Below are positions 51,201 through 64,000 of a DNA stretch of 64,000 nucleotides, one piece after another. The number at the start of each line of letters is the position of its first letter. The stretch's first letter is position 1. Position numbers and translations under genes: made by a program. The notes beneath the pieces were generated by a model, which saw only the letters and a list, made by a program, of their open reading frames with translations, had not been told where the DNA came from and did not search any database. Origin of the DNA: Lingula anatina (Eukaryota; Animalia; Brachiopoda). The DNA lies in contig CM120641.1 in NCBI GenBank assembly GCA_051362555.1, forward strand, positions 1,488,001 to 1,552,000. The letters run 5' to 3'.

Positions 51201-54200
51201 AATATCAGTAAATATGACATCTTACCATAACGACTAAATGGGAATCCAACAGTTTTCTTTCTCTTCTTAGAGATCTCATCCATATCTAAAAGAAAAGACA
51301 CAAAGTCAGTAACATTTATATATTTGAAGAAGAAACATCCACATTCATTTTCATAAATGTCAGAGGTGAATCATAATGCACAGTAGTACTTAATTCTGCA
51401 TTGACAACAGGTACAGAACATGATTTACAGCGCAACTTCATTTAACAGTACACTTTCCAGTCATGTCTGATAACCCCATTTAAAGATAAATTTGTTGGAT
51501 GGAGCTAAATTTTGTAAAATCATCCATGTGATTTACTGAAACTTGCAAGCCCTGTACACCCCTCCTCAAATATCATAAAATTACAAACTTTAAGATTCTA
51601 TCATCTTAAAATACATATTAAAAAAACTAAAGGTACTCTAAATAAGTATATCAAACAAAGTCAACAGTTATTACATTCTATGTACTAAACATATTTCAAG
51701 CTTTTTTATTTGCAAGTTCCTTCTCTTAACATCAATATTACCAACATAAAATTCATGTCTGATAACTCCCTGTAATATTTTTCTTTGATTGAACGCATGC
51801 AGACACCAGTGACGGAACAATACACAAGACAGACCCACCCTCCAACTCTGGGTAATATGTCCAAGGTTTGGGGTCACTGGACTGCTTGTCTGAACGCCTC
51901 ACGAGCTCCATATAGACAACCTTTGGCCTCGTTATCTTCAAGTCATAATATGGCGGTGTTTTGAACACTATGGCATACTGAGAAAAAGATTGCACACAGT
52001 TTTCTTATGAATTTCCTCTACTTTTACTACATCTTGTTCATGACAAACTATCCAGAATGTTTATCTGAGTGATGGTTTGATGGCCTTTGTAGGAGTTAAA
52101 ATTCATTGAAAAATATCTCTTTTAGACCAAGCAGTTTTATATAATGACTACATGGACCAATAAAAAATGGTTTATAATTTAGCTACTTTTGTTACATTCA
52201 ACGACACCCATAATCTGTAACCATAGGAAAAAAAAAAATCCACCCTTCTCAGAACATCCTGGATAATTTGACATGTCTGATAAACAACAAATCATAACTA
52301 TTTCATACCAGCGACTTCTGGAAAGTACGTGAAAGGTTTGGGATCGCTAATAGCTCTGTCAGATCTTCGCATCAACTGCATGCGAACCACAACAGCCTTA
52401 GCAATGTTAACGTTCCAGTAAGGAGGTGTGCGGAACACAATGGCGTACTAGGGAAAATAAACACAGCCACTGCTATACAATCGCATTAGCATGCATGAAA
52501 TGTACCCATCACCAATAATAATTTTACATGTTTTCAAAGCTGGAATTTTACAGCTAAAAAGAATTTTGAACTCTTCAGTGATGAGTTAAATTCAAATGAA
52601 GTAAAAAAAAAATAATAATAATAATAAAATAACACACACCTCACAATTACCAAGCTAAGAAAATCATTTCAGTTATTGACAATAAAAAGTAAATAGCCAT
52701 GACATAAAAATACTGTGTAAATCAAAAGTTCCAAAATAAAAGATAAACACCTTCACTCAGACCCCAGGGTACCCAACTAAAAATCTTCCAGCTGTCTCAT
52801 TATTCTTAAGTTTATGCAAATATTCTATTCCATCATCATGTCAAGTGGATACAAAAATACTTAAATATTAATTGTAATATCTTTCATGCTAATATTTCAA
52901 AGAAAACAAATTTGAAGTCTGATGATATCTCATGCATACAGATATAGCAAGCTGACAGATTATCTCTGCTTATTACCTGGCGGTGTACATCTGGCGGTCC
53001 GAAGTTCCCATAAGCCTCCCATTTCAGTCTCCCATCTTCATCTTCCTCAAAGAAACGCACTGCTATATCATCTGAAATAATCATCACCTAATTTTCTTTG
53101 CTGGCATCTAAATTTATCATTCTTTTACTAAAATGCTATGTACAGTTTGTCTGTGAAAGATAAACTTAAGGCACAGCTCATGTTACTTGTAGGCATACAG
53201 ACGAGTCTATGAAAAAAAATTTACAAAAATAATCACTTTCTCATTCCACTATTATTTCCTGTGTAAGCACAGTAACGTTAATCTTATGAACTTAAAATAA
53301 AAAAGGGATTTGATAAAAAAATCAATACTTTCTTTTCCTTATGCTTGCGGCTGAAATAATGACATGTCTGTAATTTAATAGTTTAGTTCCTCTAAGCTGC
53401 TGACTTGTATTTTACATGAATTATATATTCTTTGGCATTTTCTATGACAGCGTGGTCCATGCAAAACTTATCCTTCTATAAAGACATTTAATAGATTCAG
53501 TGCTCCGTACCTCTGCACAAAACTCAACTACCATGAAGAGAATAAACATTCTAAATAAATATCTAACTTAGGTGTAGAGGTAGAAACACCTGGTCTATAA
53601 TTGTTAATTGCACACCTTTTTGTACTTTATCACAAAGTAAAAACACTTCATCGTTTCCTCTGACACTGCCTGCCTGGCGATCTAGACGGCAAATTTTCAG
53701 AGCTGCCGCCCCTGGGGCCTCTGAAAAAAATAAAATTATGTAAAGCTTCAGCATCAGGGAGTAGAAACGCTTTCAGCCACTCAATTCTAAGATTAACAAA
53801 GAAAAACACACTTGCCTTTATATCCTCTGGTGTGCTGACATTTCATGAACGGCAATCTCTACTTAACTACTTAGGTAGAAGTGAGAAACCAGAGATGACC
53901 TACTTTACTACCTGTCAAAGATCTTTACCAGAAAATACTATCTCAAGTTTCCGGAATATTGCAAGCAAAATATCATTTACAAATGACAGTATTGCAATGG
54001 ACACTAAGCAACAGCATATATCTATATTTATTTAATATCCAATTCAATGTCACACTTGTGACAGGCTCGCAATTTTTTACGATACACTTACTGCAGTCAT
54101 AAATTTGTTTTGAGATCACGGACGGCAGCATGCGACTGTATGTGCCATTTTCGTCCATGAGGTAAGCCTGGAAACACAGGCGCACAGTGCTGAGGTGCAT

Positions 54201-56328
54201 ACCCTTGGCTTGTTCCTCTGCCTGTTCCTTGGCCTGATTTTTCTCTTCCTCTGGTAATATCAAAGAAAACATGTAAGTGATAATAAGTATTTCACGTAGT
54301 GTAAAGATGCAACAAAAATGATTCAGATACCTCAAGGAAAGTCTACAACTGAAACAGCATTATAAATCATCATAAATTATAATATACTGAGTGGCAAAAG
54401 AGCCTTAAATGTTTTGTACATGTACAACATTTACCTGATAGGCCAGCATTTGGATTCCCTGTAACAAGAACATGATTCAGTCTGATGGACTCCTGAATTC
54501 TTTCAGACAAGACGTTCACCAGGTTCCTACGGGTGATATGCTGGACTCCCATATTTGGAAAGCTACAAATGGAAATACATAATTTTTGTCCTATGAAGAT
54601 TGTAATATTCGCCTGTTGCCATGGTCAATTAGACCCTCAGCGACTTATGATGCCAGTTTCAGCGTCCAATTTCTTGCTGCATCCCATTTTTCTTTGTGTG
54701 TTCATTCCTGTTTTTCTTTAATTGGTTTAGAAACATTGAATTGTTTGAAACTTGAAAATAACATTAATATATTTCATGTAATTATTACATCTTCTGTGAT
54801 TGACTTTTTAGGTTTTTAGAAATGTCCTGTAACATTTTGATATAAGGCTTACTATAAACTTGACATACAAGCACATAAATAAAAAAATCACTAAAATTAG
54901 ATCATGAAAAATTCAAAACCTTTTTCTTTCACAACACCATTGCTAATGATGGGAAATTTACATCCATTCCACATACTTGTGTCTGTTAACTTTATTTTGA
55001 AGTGCTATTATCTTCAACAACAAGCAATACAACATGGGAAAAGCAACAACTACAATGTTAACTTCAGTGTCATATAACCGTGCCCTACTAAACAAAGCTT
55101 AAGAACTTACGTTGCAGTGTTATTGGAACCACCTTTCAATTCCACCAAGCAAATACCGTTTTGGCAGTTCTTCCCAACCAACTCGTGGGCGTGAGTTTTT
55201 GGCACCTCTTCATCTGTTACCAGGGAAACGACAATCCTTGCCGCGCCAGTCCAGTTATTGATCTGCAAAGAAAGAATCAAACTGAACATTCTATGTAAGG
55301 ATTATCTTTGTGAAGGTGATTACAAGACAAAAGTGATATGTTGCTTCCAAAACTGATAAAAACCGTGATATGTGGGCTTCTTACAAGACTCCATCATGTT
55401 TTCTCTTCGAGTGTAATTGCAAATCTACTTCATCCCTAATACTTCTGAGCCATCTGGTTCATCTCAACAAAAGTATATGTGTAAAATGTATTTTTTCTAA
55501 AAAAAGAACTAAAAAGAAGTAAATCAGTGAATAAAAAGTGTGACATACTCTGACAGTGGGGTATGTTTTCTTTCCTTTCTCGCTATTCTCTCCTTGTAGT
55601 CCTCCATGTGATCCGCCCTCGCACTTGTAACGGAAACGAAATCCTCTAGACTGAGGCTCCTCTACGATTTCCAAATATGGCTCACCTCCAACTAAAGAAT
55701 GAAAAGATTACATAATTTAACACATTTGTTTTCATGACAGACAAAATCAAAATTTTATAAAGTAATTATCATCAATGTAATGTTTTTTAAATTCTCCCAA
55801 ACAATTGTTTGGTTGCACTGTTTTCTCTGTTTAAGGTGTGGAAAAAAAAAAGGAAAATAGAAAACTGGGGACCTGTGAGGGAGAAGAATAACACACAAAA
55901 AGTAATAGAAAAGATAAATCTATCTTTTTTTTTTGCATAATGGATAAGAGTAAGGGTCAAAGGAAGTCTTTTTTCAGACAAGGCAAGTAAAACCAATAAT
56001 CCCATAGGTAGAAGGTTTCAAAAGCTTTTCCAATTTTTAATAACCCAATAAGAAAATATATTTCTTTAATGAGTGGTTGAGACACAGTATGCCGCGAATT
56101 TTGTAATAGTACTAAACAACTGAAAAACTCACCCGTATTTGAACCAAATCCATTGATTACTGGTGTGACTTCCGCAGCCACTCCATTCATTGTGGTAGGA
56201 TACAGGTTATTATTACCATTCTGCTTGGGAACTGCCTCGCCTACCGCCATGGCAATGCGAACATCGTGGTCCTCTTCAGCGGAATAGTGCCCAGTAAGAT
56301 CCAAGGAGTCCTCGCTTTCGTCCACCAT
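45225..56328 (-). CDS. NFKB1: NF-kappaB p105/p100-like precursor (RHD, NLS, glycine-rich region, ankyrin repeats, death domain, DSGxxS degrons)
   Basis: Exons 56328-56133, 55691-55549 ([17 protein letters not shown]), 55262-55111, 54562-54435, 54250-54092, 53720-53616, 53071-52977, [52447-52309 or 51977-51839], 51285-51226 (KKRKK), 50864-50745 (GRR), 50522-50094, 49812-49635, 49344-49230, 48939-48717, 48426-48257, 48030-47776 (ankyrins), 47364-47229, 46999-46827, 46557-46434 (death domain) and 45340-45225 (DSGVES). Likely co-ortholog of vertebrate NFKB1/NFKB2. Confidence 0.95.
48174..48223. repeat. (TAA)n microsatellite
   Basis: Trinucleotide run inside an NF-kB intron. Confidence 0.9.
51839..51977 (-). 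CDS. NFKB1: NF-kB alternative IPT/dimerization exon, variant b (139 nt)
   Basis: cag|[46 protein letters not shown] g|gtgggt. Confidence 0.88.
52309..52447 (-). CDS. NFKB1: NF-kB alternative IPT/dimerization exon, variant a (139 nt)
   Basis: tag|[46 protein letters not shown] g|gtatga. Confidence 0.88.
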
Positions 56329-57651
56329 GGTCTGAAACAAAAAGTACGAGCTTATCAATCTTAAAGGCATGTTCAAATATTAATGAATAACTTTGGAACT
56401 GAGATCCTCATTGCACTGATGTGTCAACTGTATCTATATAATCTGATTGCCAAAAGAAATAATTAGGCTGATTTCTAGACCTACACTGTTCTACGTAAAG
56501 GCAGCTTTGCCACTAAATAAAACTCAGTTAAACTTAGTCTTGTAATTGTTAACAAGGAATTGTTGCAGCATCAGTAACCAAGTTTACCAACAAGACAGAG
56601 GTTTATCAAAACAAAAAGAGTTCGCCAGCAAGACTTTGCAAATAAGGATCCAGTTATTTTCAGCAATCTTTTACCAAAAATACTCCTACAAAAAATTCAA
56701 GTTTCATGAATGTTAAAAAAAAGGCATTTGGATATCCTGTACAGGGTTAAGACAGGAAGAGACTATCAGAAAATGAAAGACTGAATAAGATTATTTGTAA
56801 AATACAACACCAATGTACCAATCTAATTCCAATGTCAATAGATCATACTGCTCCACCAAGTAAAAAAAAAATCAGATTTAAATCCTAGGTTAACAAATGT
56901 AAAAAGTAAGAAAAAAACTTGTTCCGTGTCTAAAAGCAAGGAGTTATAACATGTTATAACTCCTTGCTAAAAGTAAGCTTGTGGCTTATGGCATTCAGTA
57001 TTCAACAAAATGAAAGTAACCTAGGCTCAATGATTAGAAGGTATCAATTTACTCTACATTTATCCTCAAAACTAACATTTGCACCCACTAACTTCCTTCT
57101 AAATAAAGCTGCTTGTATAACTGGCTTCAACTGACAGATAGTTTCGTCCCTAAATGTTTATGTCTGAAATGGAACAAAAACCTCTGACACAGTTCTGGTG
57201 ACAGAGACACCTGAGAGAATTGATGTATCTCCACCTGACTGGGAACAACACAGCCACATACTAAATATGTAACATTAATTCCATGTTCAGCTGCATTTTT
57301 AATTTGAAAGTTAATAACTGCCATTAATGAAATTAGAAAGACAAAGCCAGAGAATATAGAGCCACTGAAGAAAAAAATTAATGAAAAAATATTTATGTGA
57401 TAACACTGAAGGTCAGGGTACATATTAAGCTCAATTTAGGAAGTTGGCCGATTCTTATATTTTGGCTTAGATAAACATGGTTAGAAACCAGTTAAAATTA
57501 AAAAAAAAAAAGGTTGACTTGCTTTCACAAAAAAATTTCCAGTTTTTGGGTCCATTGTATGATAACATAACATTGCTATATTAAGTAGTGAAGGTCTCCT
57601 TTGTGTCATTTCTCTCACTTACTGACATTAATCAAGAGCTGAAGATAGAAG

Positions 57652-57653
<2 letters not shown>

Positions 57654-57704
<51 letters not shown>
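57654..57704. repeat. (GA)n microsatellite
   Basis: Pure GA run. Confidence 0.95.
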
Positions 57705-57706
<2 letters not shown>

Positions 57707-58699
57707 CTAACACATAGAGGATTCACTGCAGCATTTTCATATATTTGATTTTTCCTAGTTTTGTTTAATTGTATGCAATGTGTTGTCAGTAAAATCAGTA
57801 AAATGGAAGATAGTAAAATTTTGCAAATTTGTTCAGTTAACTGGACTATGTAGTTCATTTATATACAGGTGCCTTACAGTAAGCCAAACGATTTTGGCAC
57901 AGACTATTCCAAAGGATTATAGTGATGTACTGTAGGCGCTATACTGAATCAGTGATTGCATTTATAGCTCAAGGCAAATGTTGTAGGTTGGAACAGAAAT
58001 TGTTGTTGTATATTATCTACATAGCTGATACAGACCTTTACAAAAACAAGGGCCGGTATGTCATATTATGTCAGATGTGGAGGATTTCTATAACTGGGAA
58101 ATGGGTAGATTACAACACATTGCATAAAGGTCTATAATAAAGGTTGCTGGAACCAGGAAATGCAGATATCCAGCTTTCAAATGCTAATCAAATATGAATT
58201 TTTCATCAAATATTTTAAACCAATTTACACTCAACCGTGAGATAAGTCCTTGAAGTCAAAGACGAAAATGGAAGTTTAGATCGGATTGGAACTAGCTTTT
58301 GCAGCATTCTTGATGTAGTACACGTACGTGTGTCAAGCCGAAACAGGTACGCTTCGTCCTATTTCCTACATGTATCAATAATCACTGGACATATTTCTTC
58401 GTGGTACATGCACAATGTACGTCCCCCCAAGAACTGTGCATCCTATTTGTTTTAAAAGACCTTTCCCTCTTGCTTCCGTTCAGACATGCTGGCACACATC
58501 TCGCCTATCAATCTTACGGTGAGATATAATGTTTACAGCGTCTGTTTCACCAAGGTCGTAAACAAGAAAACACACCAGTTGTGTTAGTAATTAAAACTAA
58601 ACTAAAATATAACCAACATAGCACACGCACGAAACCAACACGAGAGGCAAAAGAAAGGACAATATAATTTGTTGATTCATATACCAACGTGCCCCATCG

Positions 58700-58915
58700 A
58701 ACTTACCTATTTTGCAACCTAGAAGTTTCTGTCAGATACTGACAATGTTTAATGGCGTAACACCCCGATGCCGCTGTACTGAGGACAGTATAAGTTTGGA
58801 TTTTCCATTAACAGTCCGTCAACATTGGGATTTCCAGATACTCGGGGATTTCCCGGCATATCATGATTGGCTGAGGGCTGTCACGTGATCACAATACGTA
58901 GTTTTGATTGGACGG
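58700..58915 (-). promoter_or_regulatory. NF-kB promoter and non-coding first exon, with clustered kB sites
   Basis: Minus-strand donor AG|GTAAGT at ~58706. kB-like sites TGGATTTTCC (~58798), TGGGATTTCC (~58826) and GGGGATTTCCC (~58843). Two CCAAT boxes (gattgg at 58865 and 58906) flank TCACGTGA. The ATG exon begins with an acceptor at 56331. Confidence 0.7.
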
Positions 58916-60195
58916 ACAAAGGATAAAAATAGCACAGATGACGACCTTATTTAATATATCTATTCACAATTTTTTGTCAGTTTGCCAAACCTATAACGTA
59001 AATAGACCAAACGTTAGATCAGAAAAAGTCCCTTGCGATAACTATTTATCTCCAAATGGGTTCATTCCCCCCATCTTGGTTAAGTAAGTGAAAGCCCATG
59101 CAGCTTCATCTTCCACAGGTGACTACTTTTCAAGGTGACATGGGTTAGATCCAGAATCATGTGCACCTAAGGGATTCCCTGCCCCTCCTCCTCTTACCTG
59201 ATAACAGATATCCTTTACATTAGTCATTGTATTAACACAACAGAGTGGAAGATTGAGTAATGCGACAAAAAGTGGTAAATCATCGCCCAATAAACAGTGC
59301 TAAAGGCCTTTCCTATTGTGATAATTTATTATTTTGCAAAATCAATAAAATAGACCTACTATATATAATACATCAAATGCGATATCATATATTTACAAAC
59401 AATCCTTTTGTTATTAAACATTTCTGTAATATGTGTATCATTTATTCAAATTTGTTTACAAAGGCATTCACGAAAATTCAAATTTTTATGATATAAAAAA
59501 AGAGCTGGATATGCAATATCCCAATTCCGTAATTGTTTTCATCCTACAGACAGAATTAACAAACAATTTTATTTCACATACAGCCAAATTTTACAGTTAA
59601 AGCTCATGGCCCAGAAATTATAGAATGCTGGTGACTTAACTGTCATATCTGTCATTCAAATAAAATTAATTAATTCAAAGAAAAGCAACCAGTGAGCAGC
59701 CAAGCTCTTTGTCCTGCTATTAGCAGGGTAGTCTGTGAGTTTACCTTCTATATATAAGCAAGGAATGCCTGACCCTGCATAAAATATACTAGCTACAACA
59801 TGTTATAAACTTATACAGTGTTGGATTTAGAGAGGAGGGGGGGGGGGGTCAGGTTGGTCCTGACAACCCCCACCCTCCTCCTTCGGTTACTGAAAATTAT
59901 ATATCACACCAATATTCTCTTCTGGGACTTTGAATTTTGACTAGCTGAAGCATAGTTCTAAACCATACCAAAATGTACCATTTGCCCTCCAAAACACCAA
60001 AAAATTTTTCATGGTCTGCCCCATTACATTTCTTCTAGGGTAAGTAACACTGAAGCTGCCATTAAACACATGCCTATGAAAAAGAATAAATTACATGAAG
60101 TTTCTACAATTATTTTGGACTCGCATAATTTGAGCTAAATGTTGCCTGGGGAAAAATTTAAATTTTCAAGTTGTTCAGACTATCCACGTGAATTT

Positions 60196-60231
<36 letters not shown>

Positions 60232-60338
60232 TACAACTCAAATTGTATGGTCCATTTATACTAATAAAAATCATAATCTAAATTGAGATCCACATTTTTG
60301 GGGGCAGGACAATTAATCAGTGACACTCTCTAAAAATA

Positions 60339-60380
<42 letters not shown>

Positions 60381-60632
60381 CACACGATTCTGACAAGTCT
60401 CATAACTCATTAAAAAATTCTAAATATTTTCCCATCAAAACTCTGCTCCATTGTGTATTCCTCAATCTCACTGTCACCGACTGTGTTGAATGCTTCAATG
60501 TACAAATAATCCTTTTCCTGAATGGGAAATTAAGGGGGTACACAAGAAATTGTGCACCTCTCACATTCATGGCATAATCTGTATCTGTTTCTGACATTTC
60601 AATATCAATACAACTGAAGTCTGCATTCACAA

Positions 60633-63772
<3,140 letters not shown>

Positions 63773-64000
63773 CTGAAGCAGAAAAATGAAGTATTTGGAA
63801 ATAGGCTTTATTTTGCCTTGTTAATGATAAAATCTGATATAAAGCTTTTAAGAAAAATCTCTAGCAAGGTTTTGAGGTACTCAGTGCTGTCATTAAATTG
63901 CATTAAAACAGTGTTTGTGGGTGCTCAGGTACAGGAGAAGTTTGAGAATAAGATTTTGCATTTTTTTACCACAAAATCACAATTATGACATCATCGGTAA

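Noticed and set aside
51839-52447. Both NF-kB paralogous exons included together, or a recent neutral or artefactual duplication
   Set aside because: Joint inclusion shifts the frame, and the copies are highly diverged at the DNA level while keeping length, frame and splice sites.

Overview
AT-rich, intron-rich genomic DNA from an invertebrate animal (repeat content suggests a lophotrochozoan, probably a mollusc; inference). All gene models were spliced by hand from GT/GC-AG boundaries and intron phase. Conserved genes, all on the minus strand: a complete eIF3 subunit L gene (14414-29834), a complete NF-kB p105/p100-like gene (45225-56328), and the 3' part of PARG (60633-63772, running off the right edge). 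Three small single-cysteine-rich-domain TNF-receptor-like genes, which the ORF track shows only as fragments, lie at 2207-5000 (-), 6903-8358 (-) and 30923-41685 (+). They resemble Drosophila Grindelwald and vertebrate BCMA/BAFF-R and share phase-1 introns. Main candidate system: a compact TNFR/NF-kB locus in which (i) NF-kB carries two equal-length, apparently mutually exclusive exons in its dimerization (IPT) domain, (ii) two receptors have independently multiplied their candidate TRAF-binding motifs, one by an in-exon repeat and one by exon duplication via Helentron-type satellite elements, and (iii) kB-site clusters lie upstream of two of the receptors (B and C) and of NF-kB itself. Mobile DNA includes a young non-autonomous LTR element, nested TIR transposons, three HINE-like elements, MITEs and an L2 fragment. 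Comparisons with other proteins are from memory, and no database search was run.
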